NCBI GenBank assembly: GCA_041662425.1
Contig: JBAZSM010000002.1
Coordinates: 38,159-102,158, forward strand
Length of the DNA: 64,000 bases
Source: Pseudolabrys sp.
GTDB lineage: Bacteria; Pseudomonadota; Alphaproteobacteria; Rhizobiales; Xanthobacteraceae
Direction: 5' to 3'
In this document: positions 48,205 to 60,446 of the stretch, piece by piece
How positions within the stretch are numbered: the stretch's first letter is position 1
Layout of the letters: every line of letters begins with the position of its first letter
Made by a program: the position numbers and the translations under genes
The notes under the pieces: model-generated
Told to the model about the DNA's origin: nothing
Database searches by the model: none
Seen by the model: the letters and a program-made list of their open reading frames with translations, nothing else

Positions 48205-48735
48205 TCACTCAACCACGATGCGAGTGCGCGGTCCCAGACGTGACAAAAGCCGTCGCAAGGCGCGGATATCGAGCGCGACACAACCGGCCGTGGGCGCGAA
48301 CAGGGGCCGCGCGGCATGGATGAAGACGGCGCTGCCGCGCCCGGCGATGCGCGGCCGGGTGTTGTGGTCGAGCTCGACGATGAAATCGTAAAGGTGATCG
48401 GCTCGGGCCAGGCGATCCGCGCTCGATCCAGGCGGCACTTTCACCGGCTGATTATAATGCCGGTCGGCGGGATCCTCGCACCAGCCGTCCTGGCTTCCGA
48501 TACGCCGCGACGGCAGCAAGGTCGGCGGACGGATGTGACGCTCGCCGCGCCACCACAGCCGTTTCAGCCGGAAGACCCCGCGCGGCGTGCCGCCATCGCC
48601 TTCCCGCTTGTTGGCCTTGACGCCGCCGCGGCCCAGCGCGACCGGCAGCACCAAGGGTCCGGCGACGAGCCAGCCCTGCCGGGGATTTCCCGGCCGGCGC
48701 CGGACGGTGAGACGGGTGAGGGTCCTGGTGCGCAT
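48205..48735 (-). CDS. L,D-transpeptidase (YkuD) family protein
   Basis: 176 aa, ...KREGDGGTPRGVF...GSAVFIHAARPLFAPTAGCVAL... (catalytic H...C pattern). Confidence 0.8.
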   Translation of the reverse strand: MRTRTLTRLTVRRRPGNPRQGWLVAGPLVLPVALGRGGVKANKREGDGGTPRGVFRLKRLWWRGERHIRPPTLLPSRRIGSQDGWCEDPADRHYNQPVKVPPGSSADRLARADHLYDFIVELDHNTRPRIAGRGSAVFIHAARPLFAPTAGCVALDIRALRRLLSRLGPRTRIVVE

Positions 48736-48961
48736 AACAGCGTGGCAGCCTAGCCGCGATTCGAGCCTAAATGCCAGTTCTCGCTTGCTTTTTCGTGTCC
48801 GAATGTACTACTCCGCGAACCGGCAAACAGCGTTCGCCGGGGGCTCCGGACACGGGATATCCGGTCAGCCGTGAATTTCCTAAAAGTCCTTGCGCCGATA
48901 AGATGCACATCAGATTTCGAGACCGACGCGGGCCAGCGCCCCGTAAGGAGATCGTCGAGCA

Positions 48962-49648
48962 ATGGCCAGCAAGCGCACCATTCTGATAGTCGATGACGAC
49001 ACCGAGCTGCGCGAAGCGCTGCTCGAGCAATTGGCGTTGCACGACGAGTTCGACACGGTCTCGGTTGAAAACGGCGCGAAGGGCGTACAGGCGGCGAAGG
49101 GCGACCAGGTCGATCTGGTGCTCATGGATGTCGGTCTGCCGGATATCGACGGCCGCGAGGCGGTGCGGATTCTGCGCAAGGGCGGCTTCAAGGCGCCCAT
49201 CATCATGCTCACCGGTCATGACACCGACAGCGACACCATCCTCGGACTTGAGTCCGGCGCCAATGACTATGTCGTCAAGCCGTTTCGTTTCGCCGTGCTG
49301 CTCGCGCGTATCCGCGCGCAGCTGCGCCAGCACGAAGCGAGCGAAGATGCCGTCTTCAACATCGGCCCTTACTCGTTCCGTCCGAGTTCGAAGCTGCTGC
49401 TCAGCCCGAAGGGCAGCAAAGTGCGGCTGACGGAAAAGGAGACCGCGATCCTGCGCTATCTCTACCGCGCCGGGCAGAAGCCGGTGTCGCGCGAGACCTT
49501 GCTGCAGGAAGTGTGGGGCTACAATTCCGGCGTCACCACCCATACGCTCGAGACGCACATTTATCGTCTGCGGCAGAAGGTCGAAAACGATGCGGCCGCG
49601 CCATCGATTCTGGTGACCGAAGCCGGCGGCTACAAGTTGGTGCCGTGA
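48962..49648 (+). CDS. OmpR/PhoB-type response regulator transcription factor (possibly CenR-like)
   Basis: 228 aa, ILIVDDD...DLVLMDVGLPDIDG...MLTG...DYVVKPF... plus a winged-helix C-terminal domain ...THTLETHIYRLRQK...GGYKL. AAGGAG upstream. Confidence 0.92.
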   Translation: MASKRTILIVDDDTELREALLEQLALHDEFDTVSVENGAKGVQAAKGDQVDLVLMDVGLPDIDGREAVRILRKGGFKAPIIMLTGHDTDSDTILGLESGANDYVVKPFRFAVLLARIRAQLRQHEASEDAVFNIGPYSFRPSSKLLLSPKGSKVRLTEKETAILRYLYRAGQKPVSRETLLQEVWGYNSGVTTHTLETHIYRLRQKVENDAAAPSILVTEAGGYKLVP

Positions 49649-49662
49649 GGAATTTTGGCTCT

Positions 49663-49766
49663 GTCATTCCGGCGCGCGGGCGTGGCACGCGAACCCGGAA
49701 TCCAGCCGCAAAAGCGAGCCCGTTTCTGGATTCCGGGTTCGCGCCTTCGGCGCGCCCCGGAATGAC
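49663..49766. repeat. REP-type composite palindromic element (family 1), full-length copy
   Basis: GTCATTCCGGCGCGCGGG..GCGAACCCGGAATCCAG....CTGGATTCCGGGTTCGC..CGCGCCCCGGAATGAC: nested outer and inner inverted repeats. Confidence 0.85.
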
Positions 49767-49793
49767 GGTGCCAATCCCGAATGGCTGATCACC

Positions 49794-50246
49794 ATGTCGC
49801 TCGATGATGACATAGCCTTCTTCCGTAAGGTGCCGATGTTCGCGGCGCTCGACGGCGAAGCCATGCGCATTCTCGCGATCGGCGCCGAGACGCGCTCGTA
49901 CCAGAGCGGCGCGGTATTGTTCTATGCCGGCGATCTCGCCGATGGCGGCTACCTGGTGCTGGACGGGGTGCTGGCGTTGCAGCCCGGCACCTTCGCCGAA
50001 GACAAGGACATCATTGCCGGCCCCGGTACGCTGGTCGGCTAGCTTGCGCTGCTGACCGACATGGTGTGGCAGTTTTCGGCGGTCGCCAAGGAGCCGGTCT
50101 CGGTAATTCGGATTCCGCGCAGCCTGTTTCGCAAGATGCTGGAAGGCTATCCCGCCGCCGCCGTGACGCTGCGCGATATTTTCGCCAAGCGGCTGAACGC
50201 CTGGCAGAGCGACCTCAACACCGTGAAGAAGAAGCTGGAGAAATAA
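49794..50246 (+). pseudogene. cyclic nucleotide-binding domain protein interrupted by an in-frame TAG
   Basis: ORFs 49794-50042 and 50061-50246 are in the same frame. Joined, they read ...IIAGPGTLVG*LALLTDMVWQFSAVAKEPVSVIRIPRSLF... The TAG at 50040-50042 occupies the Glu of the conserved G-E-L-A-L-L motif (GAG to TAG). Confidence 0.75.
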
Positions 50247-50300
50247 CCGGCATCTCGCTTTCTTCCTCTCTCCTCAATGCGGAGAGCGGAAGACGGAGGT

Positions 50301-51119
50301 TTAAACCTCCACCGTCGTCGTGACCGGCACGTGATCGGACGGTTTCTCGTAGCCGCGAAAATCCTTGGCGATCTTGATCTTGGAGACCTGACCGGCGAGC
50401 GCGTCGGAGGTCCAGACATGATCCAGCCTGCGGCCGCGATTTGACACGAGCCAGTTCTCCATCGCGCGGTAGCTCCACCATGTGTAGAGCTTCTCCGGCT
50501 CCGGCGTGAGTACGCGCATGGCGTCGATCCATTGGCCGGCCTTTTGCACGGCGGTCAGTTTCTCGCACTCGATCGGCGTGTGAGAGACCACTTTCAGCAT
50601 TTGTTTGTGGCTCCAGACATCGTGCTCCAGCGGTGCGACGTTGAGATCGCCGACGAGGATGGCGCGTTCCGATTGCGCCGGACGCAGGGCCGTATGCGCC
50701 GTCATCTCGTCGAGGAAATCGAGTTTGTGACGAAATTTGACGTTGACCTCGGGGTCCGGTTCGTCGCCGCCCGCCGGCACGTAGAAATTATGCAGCGTCA
50801 GCGGATCTTTGAGACCGGCGCGCTCGCCGAGCACGATGGAGACATGACGGCAGTCGGTCTTGCCGCAGAAGTTCTGGATGTTGAAGCTCTCGATCGGCAA
50901 CCGCGAGACAATGGCGACGCCGTGATAGCCCTTCTGCCCGCTCAGCGCCGTGTGCTCGTAGCCGAGGCGATGGAAACGCTTCAACGGGAAGGCGTCGTCC
51001 GGGCACTTGGTTTCCTGCAGGCAAAGCACGTCGGGCCGCGCGCTCTTGAGGAATTTCGCGACCAGATCGATGCGCAGGCGGACCGAGTTGATATTCCAGG
51101 TGGTGATTTTGAGGGCCAT
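50301..51119 (-). CDS. xthA: exodeoxyribonuclease III
   Basis: MALKITTWNINSVRLRIDLVAKFLKSARPDVLCLQETK...GDLNVAP...SDHVPV... ATG at 51117-51119. Confidence 0.95.
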   Translation of the reverse strand: MALKITTWNINSVRLRIDLVAKFLKSARPDVLCLQETKCPDDAFPLKRFHRLGYEHTALSGQKGYHGVAIVSRLPIESFNIQNFCGKTDCRHVSIVLGERAGLKDPLTLHNFYVPAGGDEPDPEVNVKFRHKLDFLDEMTAHTALRPAQSERAILVGDLNVAPLEHDVWSHKQMLKVVSHTPIECEKLTAVQKAGQWIDAMRVLTPEPEKLYTWWSYRAMENWLVSNRGRRLDHVWTSDALAGQVSKIKIAKDFRGYEKPSDHVPVTTTVEV

Positions 51120-51162
51120 GGCGCACAGTAAATAATGCGCGCGACAGCCTTTGTCACTGTCA

Positions 51163-51278
51163 TCACCGGGCATAGCCTGTCGAAGACGGGCGTAAACGCC
51201 CTTTTGTCCCGGTGACCCCGCTTAGGCAGGCAATGAATGTGCGTCCCTAAGCGGGATGGCCGGGTCAAGCCCGGCCAT
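51163..51278. repeat. cluster of three hairpin repeats (including family 2)
   Basis: TCACCGGG...CCCGGTGA (51163-51215) enclosing GGGCG-taaa-CGCCC. CCCGCTTAGG/CCTAAGCGGG (51217-51255, 10-bp perfect). ATGGCCGGG-tcaag-CCCGGCCAT (51256-51278). Confidence 0.75.
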
Positions 51279-51307
51279 GACAGGTCACGGCTCTAACGGG
51301 AGGCGGC

Positions 51308-52120
51308 CTACCGATACCTTGTGTAGTCGATCTTGAACATCGACGGGTCCGGCGTCTTGGTCGCGTCGAGGTTATAGACCGCGACCGTGGTGTCGTAGCC
51401 CTGCGGATCGGTGACCGTCCACTGCTTGAGCTCCATGGTCTTGGCGTCGAACATGATCATCAGTCGGCTGGTGCCGACAATGCCGTTCGTCTCCTCGACC
51501 ACCGCGGTGACGAAGACGTCATCGGCATAGACGGCGGTGAGATTGGCGTCGCGTATCAGGTCGACGCGGTCGGATAGCAGGAAGCGCAGCGGCGTCTGCG
51601 ACAGCGGGTAGACGTCCTGGGTCGCCAGCTTGCGGTCTCGCACGACGACGGACTGGCCGTCGGCGACCAGTTCGATCGGGCTCGGGTCGTCATATTCGAA
51701 ACGCACGCGGCCTGGCTTGGCGAGATAGAACTCGCCTTCGGTGCGACGGCCATCGGGGCCGACCTGCACGAAACGGCCGGTCAGCTTCTGCATGTTGGAA
51801 AGGTAAGTGTTGATCTTCTCGATGATGCCGCGCTGCTCCGGCGTGAGCTGCGCGGTCGAGGTCGTCTTGCCGAGCAGGCCGGCGAAAGGATTGCTCGACG
51901 GCGTGGGCGCCTGGGCGCGGGCGATCAGCGCTTCGCGCGGAATGGCCTTTTGTTTCGCGATCGATGCGGTGACATCGGAGGTTTTGCTGGCGGCGACGCC
52001 GGGCCGCGCCTTCGGCAGCGGCACGCCTTGCGCGAAAGCGGGATGCGTAAAAACCGGCGCGGCCAACAACAGGGCCGCTGCCGTCATCGCCGAAACCGAA
52101 ATCGCTGCTACTCGCGCCAT
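51308..52120 (-). CDS. LolA-family outer-membrane lipoprotein carrier protein
   Basis: Start MARVAAISVSAMTAAALLLAAPVF (signal peptide). ...INTYLSNMQKLTGRFVQVGPDGRRTEGEFYLAKPGRVRFEYDDPSPIELVADG... Adjacent to ftsK, as is usual for lolA. Confidence 0.85.
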   Translation of the reverse strand: MARVAAISVSAMTAAALLLAAPVFTHPAFAQGVPLPKARPGVAASKTSDVTASIAKQKAIPREALIARAQAPTPSSNPFAGLLGKTTSTAQLTPEQRGIIEKINTYLSNMQKLTGRFVQVGPDGRRTEGEFYLAKPGRVRFEYDDPSPIELVADGQSVVVRDRKLATQDVYPLSQTPLRFLLSDRVDLIRDANLTAVYADDVFVTAVVEETNGIVGTSRLMIMFDAKTMELKQWTVTDPQGYDTTVAVYNLDATKTPDPSMFKIDYTRYR

Positions 52121-52255
52121 CAAACTCTCCGCCTCGCGCCCTCGTGTCCGGCCGTCACTGTTGCAGAACATAGGGAACCGCTGTGGCTATTTCACGACCC
52201 CGGCAATCGGGATCATGCGGTGATTCGGGTTAAATCGCAGCAACCGGCGCATGCC

Positions 52256-54748
<2,493 letters not shown>

Positions 54749-54772
54749 TCGTTCTCAGTTCCTGTTCAACGT

Positions 54773-55993
54773 CTAACCCAGCACCGCGACGATGCGGTGC
54801 AGTGCCTCGGCGGTGGCTTCGGCGTTCTGCACCATGGCGACGCGGATATAGTCGGCGCCTGGGTTGGAGCCGTCTTCCTGCTCACGCGCGAGATACTTTC
54901 CCGGAACGACGCGCACGCCGGCTTCCGACCACAGGCGTTTCGTTACCGTTTCGCTGCCGCCGTGTTTCGACACATCGAGCCAGAGAAAGAAGCCGCCGGC
55001 CGGCCGCTTGTAGCCGTAGCGGTCGGCGATGATCTGATCGGCGAGGTCGAACTTGGCGTTATAGAGATCGCGATTCTTCTCGACATGCGCTTCGTCGTTG
55101 TAAGCGGCGACCGCGACATGCTGCAGCGGCACCGGCACCTGCGGCGCCGCGACATTACGCAATTCGAGAAACTGGCTCAGGAAATCCTTGTCGCCGGCGA
55201 CAAAGCCCATGCGCAGGCCGGGCAGGTTCGAGCGCTTCGACAGCGAGTGGAAGACGATGACGTTGGCGAAGCCGGGGCCCGCCGCTTCCAGCATGCCGGC
55301 GGGCTTATCCTTGCTGTAGATCTCGCAATAGCATTCGTCGGCGAAAACGATGAAGCCGTAGCGGCGCGCCAGCGCGGCGAGCTTTTCGAGATAGACGCGA
55401 TCCGCCACGGCGCCTTGCGGGTTCGACGGCGAGGCGATGTAGAAGGCGACGGTGCGCTTCAACAGCGCCGGATCGAGCGCATCGAGATCGGGCAGGAAGC
55501 CGGTCTCGCGCGTGCACGGCAGATAGACCGGCTCGCATTCGGCGGCCAGCGCCCCGGCGCTATAGGCGGCATAGAACGGATTCGGAATCAGCATGGCGGG
55601 CGCGCCGGTGCGGTTCGCCACATAGCGCTTGGCGGCGATCGCGGCGAGGAACAGACCTTCGCGCGTGCCGTTGAGCACCATCACTTCGCTTTCCGCGTCG
55701 ACCGGCTTTGTCAGGTCGTAACGGCGGCCGAGCCACTGCGCCACAGCCTGACGGAACGGCTCGGTGCCCTTGTTGGCGGGATAGCGGCCGAACTCGCCGA
55801 TGTGCTGCGCCAGAACCGGGCCGACGAAATCCGGAATGGCGTGCTGCGGCTCGCCGACCGAGAGGTTGATGACCGGCTTGCCGGGAGTGATGCCGGCGAT
55901 CAGGTCGGTCAAACGCACGAAAGGCGAGCGGCGGTTTTCGGCGGCCGCCGCGGCAGGAGAGAGAGCTTCGCGGTGGGCGGTCATCATCGACAT
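54773..55993 (-). CDS. class I/II pyridoxal-phosphate-dependent aminotransferase (DapC-like)
   Basis: Start MSMMTAH (ATG at 55991-55993). ...INLSVGEPQHAIP...YP...G...FHSLSKRSNLPGLRMGFVAGD... (PLP lysine motif). Confidence 0.88.
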   Translation of the reverse strand: MSMMTAHREALSPAAAAAENRRSPFVRLTDLIAGITPGKPVINLSVGEPQHAIPDFVGPVLAQHIGEFGRYPANKGTEPFRQAVAQWLGRRYDLTKPVDAESEVMVLNGTREGLFLAAIAAKRYVANRTGAPAMLIPNPFYAAYSAGALAAECEPVYLPCTRETGFLPDLDALDPALLKRTVAFYIASPSNPQGAVADRVYLEKLAALARRYGFIVFADECYCEIYSKDKPAGMLEAAGPGFANVIVFHSLSKRSNLPGLRMGFVAGDKDFLSQFLELRNVAAPQVPVPLQHVAVAAYNDEAHVEKNRDLYNAKFDLADQIIADRYGYKRPAGGFFLWLDVSKHGGSETVTKRLWSEAGVRVVPGKYLAREQEDGSNPGADYIRVAMVQNAEATAEALHRIVAVLG

Positions 55994-56455
55994 AAACAAC
56001 ACATTGCCGGGGAGGGTTGTCGCGCGATCGATCCGCTGGACCGGCTCCCGGCAGTCGGGATCGCGCGGGACGCCCCGCGGCCAAGGGTGAAGCACAATAG
56101 GAGGGGCGAGGTTAAGACCCGATTAACCATCGAGTTTTTTCGGCGATTTCCGCGGCCGTCAACGAACGCCGCAAATTCGCGCTAAAGTATTGTGCAATCG
56201 TTTCTTTTCGTCTCGCCGACATCAATTTAGCGGTCAGCGCCAATGGTCAAGACGCAGGCGGCTATGTCGATCCGCTCAGGGCGGATGCGCGATGGGCAGG
56301 TCGTCGAACATCGGAATTGCATCGGCGCCTTGGCGCGCAACGGATCTGTCCGCCGCTCGGGCCGCGATCGCCGCGCATGATGGGCTGCAACAGCGGATCG
56401 CCGCGAACGTCGCGGGCGAAGCCCCGCAAACAAGCGGCGTTTTTATTCCCCAACG

Positions 56456-57145
56456 TCAGCCGGCCGCGCTGACCTGCGTCTGAGCCGCCATGGTCAGGAA
56501 GCGGCTGCGCCCGCCCAGCACGTGGGCCTCCATCGCGGCGGAAGCCTTTTCGCCCGAATGCGTCGCGAGGGCATCGACAATGCCGGCGTGCTCGCCGACC
56601 GAGCGACGCATGCCGCTCACCGCAAGTTCGTGGCGGCGAATGAGGTGCATCTCGTTGATCAGCCGGCGATAGAGCATCACCAGCTTTTCATTGCCGGTCA
56701 TTTCGACAATCACTTCGTGGAAGCGGATGTTCTGCGGGAAGTAAGCGTTCAGGTCGTTATTGGCGATGCTGTCCGACATGGCCGCGACCATGCGGCGCAA
56801 TTCGGCCAGCTGTTCGTCGGTGATTTTCGGCGCCAGAATTCGCCCGGCCCAGCCTTCGAGGCCGGCGCGGACCTCGTAAAGGTCGCCCGCCTCGGTGGAC
56901 GAAATTTCGCGCACATACATGCCGCGGTTCTTGGCCAGCCTGATGAGGCCGGCTTCCTCGAGGCCGAGCAGGGCCTCGCGTACCGGTCCGCGGCTGACGC
57001 CGAGGCGTTCGGCGAGTTCGTACTCGGTCAGCTTCTGCCCCGCCACGAGCTGGCCGGAGAGAATGAGATTGGCGATCTCGTCCTTGACCGCCGCCGGCAA
57101 GGACTTCGACCGCAGCAGGTTGAGCGTTCCCGTTTCCATGGACAT
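56456..57145 (-). CDS. GntR family transcriptional regulator (FCD type)
   Basis: ...AVKDEIANLILSGQLVAGQKLTEYELAERLGVSRGPVREALLGLEEAGLI... plus an FCD-like C-terminal domain. Start at 57145 or 57139. Confidence 0.88.
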   Translation of the reverse strand: MSMETGTLNLLRSKSLPAAVKDEIANLILSGQLVAGQKLTEYELAERLGVSRGPVREALLGLEEAGLIRLAKNRGMYVREISSTEAGDLYEVRAGLEGWAGRILAPKITDEQLAELRRMVAAMSDSIANNDLNAYFPQNIRFHEVIVEMTGNEKLVMLYRRLINEMHLIRRHELAVSGMRRSVGEHAGIVDALATHSGEKASAAMEAHVLGGRSRFLTMAAQTQVSAAG

Positions 57146-57281
57146 TGAATACCCCGAGCCGCTCCCGCTGTCGGCTTTCTCGATGGCGCGTGGATACATC
57201 TAGCAGAATCGCCGCCGCCGTCTATTGTAGATTGTAGACAATCTGCTTGCATGCACCGAAATTTGGTGCTTCTCTCGCAGC

Positions 57282-58688
57282 ATGGTTCCTCCGGCGACAT
57301 CGAAATCAGCTCCGCTCGCCCTGGCGTCCGAGACGCCGGGTTATGACGTCCGGCGGCCGCTGCTGCGATCGTTCACGGCCGTCAGCGCCGCCTTTCGCGA
57401 CGGCTCCGACACGCCGCGGCACTTCCTGGAGCGCTGCCTGGAGCGAATCGAGCAGGCCGAGCCGGTCGTCCAGGCCTTCGTCTGTTTCGATCTCGAACGC
57501 GCCCGTCAGGCCTCCGACGACGCCTCCGTGCGCTATCGCGGCAACCGCGCGCTATCGCCGATCGATGGCATGCCGCTGGGGCTCAAGGACATCATCGAGA
57601 CGCGACACATGCCGACCGGCATGAACAGCCCGATCTTCGACGGCTATAGGCCGCGGCGCGACGCCGCCTGCGTCATCGCCCTGCGCAAGGCCGGCGCCGT
57701 GTTTCTCGGCAAGACGGTGACGACCGAATTCGCCTGCGGCCGCTCCGGCCCGACGCGCAATCCGTATGACGCGACGCGAACGCCCGGCGGTTCGTCGTCG
57801 GGCTCGGCCGCATCGGTCGGCGCCGGGATGGTGCCGGGTGCGCTCGGCACGCAAACGCAGGCCTCCGTCATCCGGCCCGCATCGTATTGCGGCGCCTATG
57901 CGCTCAAGCCGTCGCACAATCTGCTCTGCTACGAAGGCACCGCGCCACTGACGCCATCGATGGACACGCTCGGCATCTTCGGTGCCGATCTCGACGATGT
58001 GTGGGGCATCACCGCCGCGATCGCGGCCGTGGCGCCCGGCCTTGGCGGACCTGCGCTTCGGCTCGACGCGACGTCCCCTGCCGCGGTTGCGCCGAAGCGC
58101 ATGGCCCGCCTCGATACCGTTGGCTGGCGCGAGGTCGATGACGCCACGCGCGCCGACTTCGAACGCGTGCTCGGGAAGCTCGCCGCTGCCGGTGTCGAGA
58201 TTGTCGATCGCAAGACCGCGGCCGATGTCGAGGCGCTCGAACAGCTGCTCCTGGAAGTGCCGGACGTTTCGATGCGCATCTTCGCCTATGAATGCCAGTG
58301 GCCGCTGCGCAGCTATCGCGAATGCGGTGAGGGTCTTGTCGGCGAGCGCGTCCTCGAACTGCTGGCGCTGGCCGACAGCATGAGCCCGCAGGACTATCGC
58401 GATGCTTGCGACAAGCGCGACATCTTGCGTCAGGCCGTCACCGCGCTGGGCGCCAAGGCTGACGGCTTCCTCACGCTGTCGTCCTCGGGACCCGCGATCG
58501 CCGACATCGCCTACACCGGCAGCCGGCACTACCCGGTGCCGTGGAGCCTGGTCGCCGGCCCGAGTGTCTCTCTTCCATTGATGGTGAGCAGCGGCCTGCC
58601 GGTCGGGCTCCAGGTCATGGGTCCGTATGCATCCGACATCGCCATCATGGGCCGCGCGCGGTGGATCCGCGACCTTCTGATCAAATGA
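57282..58688 (+). CDS. amidase (amidase-signature family)
   Basis: 468 aa, ...IDGMPLGLKDIIET...RNPYDATRTPGGSSSGSAASVGAGMVPGALGTQTQASVIRPASYCG... (GGSS[GS]GS signature). Confidence 0.92.
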   Translation: MVPPATSKSAPLALASETPGYDVRRPLLRSFTAVSAAFRDGSDTPRHFLERCLERIEQAEPVVQAFVCFDLERARQASDDASVRYRGNRALSPIDGMPLGLKDIIETRHMPTGMNSPIFDGYRPRRDAACVIALRKAGAVFLGKTVTTEFACGRSGPTRNPYDATRTPGGSSSGSAASVGAGMVPGALGTQTQASVIRPASYCGAYALKPSHNLLCYEGTAPLTPSMDTLGIFGADLDDVWGITAAIAAVAPGLGGPALRLDATSPAAVAPKRMARLDTVGWREVDDATRADFERVLGKLAAAGVEIVDRKTAADVEALEQLLLEVPDVSMRIFAYECQWPLRSYRECGEGLVGERVLELLALADSMSPQDYRDACDKRDILRQAVTALGAKADGFLTLSSSGPAIADIAYTGSRHYPVPWSLVAGPSVSLPLMVSSGLPVGLQVMGPYASDIAIMGRARWIRDLLIK

Positions 58689-58728
58689 TAACGCCGAAGT
58701 CCACGTCTGCCGGAATACAACCAGGAGA

Positions 58729-59664
58729 ATGACAATGACTACTCGACGTAATGTGTTGCTCGGAGGTCTTGCGGCTATCGCGGCGCCAGCCGTCATCGGC
58801 AACATCGCTCGTGCCGAACAGACCAGCATCAAGATCGGATCGATCTTCAGCGGAACGACGATGCAGGCGCCGGCTCTGCCGCGCCATCTCGAAAAGGTCG
58901 GCATCAAGGCCGAGGTGCTCGACTTCGCCAACATTACCCAGCGCATGCAGGCGCTCGCCGCCGGCGAAACCCACTGTGGCTATGCCAGCGTCAATGGCGC
59001 CATCCTGCTCGCGGCCAAGGGCCTCGATCTCGTCACGCTTTGCAACGGCTGCGAGGGCGGCTGGTATCTCGTCGGCAAGCCGCAGTTCAAGTCGCTGTCG
59101 GACCTCAAAGGCAAGAAGGTCGCGGTGCAGCCCGGTTCGATCGCCCAGCTCGGTCTGATGTGGAAGCTGCGCGATCTCGGTATCGAAAAAGATGTAGAAC
59201 TGGTCTTCCTCAACAACAACGACATGCCGCAGCCGATGCGCTCGGGCGAGATCGATGCCGTCCACGGCGTCGAGCCGGTCCCGACGATGATCCGCATGAA
59301 CAACTGGGCGGTCAATGTCTGGAACCCCTACGAAACACCCTTGGGCAAGCGTAACGTCGTGTTGATTGCCTCGCAGAAATTCGTCACCGAGAATCCGGAA
59401 ACGACGAAAAAGATCGTCCAGGCGCACATCGCCGCCACCAAGGACCTGCAGAAAGACAACTCGTCCGCCGCGGCCGCGATGGTAAAAATTCTCAATATCG
59501 ACCCGAAGATAGCCGCCGAAGCCATGAAGAATATCTTCTATACTTACGACGTCGGCGGCGACTACCGGAAGAGCATCGAGGCAGTCGGCGACGTCATGCA
59601 GTCGATGGGTCAGATCAACGCCAAGCCGAACTGGGACAAGTTCGTGAACACAAGCTTCGTCTGA
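58729..59664 (+). CDS. ABC transporter substrate-binding protein (NitT/TauT, NMT1-like), Tat-type signal
   Basis: 311 aa, MTMTTRRNVLLGGLAAIAAPAVIG...; followed by cognate permease and ATPase genes. Confidence 0.85.
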   Translation: MTMTTRRNVLLGGLAAIAAPAVIGNIARAEQTSIKIGSIFSGTTMQAPALPRHLEKVGIKAEVLDFANITQRMQALAAGETHCGYASVNGAILLAAKGLDLVTLCNGCEGGWYLVGKPQFKSLSDLKGKKVAVQPGSIAQLGLMWKLRDLGIEKDVELVFLNNNDMPQPMRSGEIDAVHGVEPVPTMIRMNNWAVNVWNPYETPLGKRNVVLIASQKFVTENPETTKKIVQAHIAATKDLQKDNSSAAAAMVKILNIDPKIAAEAMKNIFYTYDVGGDYRKSIEAVGDVMQSMGQINAKPNWDKFVNTSFV

Positions 59665-59665
59665 C

Positions 59666-60436
59666 ATGAAGCGAGGAAACGCCCGCCAGCTACTTCTTGG
59701 GCTGTTGCCGCTGCTTCTTTTGCTGGCGGTCTGGCAACTCGCGACCTACAGCAGCACGTATTCCAACGTGCTGCTGCCACGGCCGAGCGAGGTCTGGGAG
59801 GTGTTTGCCAAGTCCTGGCCGACGCTCCTGCATCACACGGCCACCAGCCTCGCGCGCGTCCTCGTCGGACTAGGGCTCGCCTTCGTCACCGCCGTGCCGC
59901 TCGGTCTCCTGATCGGGCGTTTCCGCGTCGTCGAGGAAACGCTCGACTGGACCATCCAGATCTTCCGCTGTCTTCCCGGCATCGCGCTCATCCCGCTGGC
60001 GATCCTGTTCTTCGGCATCGGCGACAAACCGGCGATCATGCTGATCTGGTTCTCGTCGTTCTGGCCGTTGATCATCACGACGATCTTCGGCGTCAAAAGC
60101 GTCGAGCGGACCCTGCTCAAGGTTTCGCAGGCCGCACTGGCGCCGAACCTGATGGTCTTCACCGACGTCATCCTGCCGAGCGCGCTGCCGTCGATCCTCA
60201 CCGGATTGCGGCTGTCGGCCGGCGCCGGCTGGCTGACGCTGGTCAGCGCCGAGATGATCGCGGTCAAATCCGGTCTCGGCTACATGATCATGTACGCGCA
60301 GGTGCTGTTCAAAGCCGACGAGGTGCTGGCCGGCATCATCCTGATCGGCCTTGTCGGTCTGACCTTCGATCAAGTGATCCGCCTGCTGCGTGAATGGCTC
60401 TGCCGCTGGCAGGAAGGCCTCCTCCTCGAATCGTAA
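59666..60436 (+). CDS. ABC transporter permease (NitT/TauT family)
   Basis: 256 aa, 6 TM, ...LSAGAGWLTLVSAEMIAVKSGLGYMI... (EAA-like loop). Confidence 0.9.
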   Translation: MKRGNARQLLLGLLPLLLLLAVWQLATYSSTYSNVLLPRPSEVWEVFAKSWPTLLHHTATSLARVLVGLGLAFVTAVPLGLLIGRFRVVEETLDWTIQIFRCLPGIALIPLAILFFGIGDKPAIMLIWFSSFWPLIITTIFGVKSVERTLLKVSQAALAPNLMVFTDVILPSALPSILTGLRLSAGAGWLTLVSAEMIAVKSGLGYMIMYAQVLFKADEVLAGIILIGLVGLTFDQVIRLLREWLCRWQEGLLLES

Positions 60437-60446
60437 GAAGCGCATC

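Noticed and set aside
56190-56483. 97-aa plus-strand ORF in the 360-bp gap upstream of the aminotransferase gene
   Set aside because: No RBS, an Arg/Ser-rich N-terminus, and overlap with the GntR 3' end. The gap is more likely promoter or leader DNA. Left unannotated.
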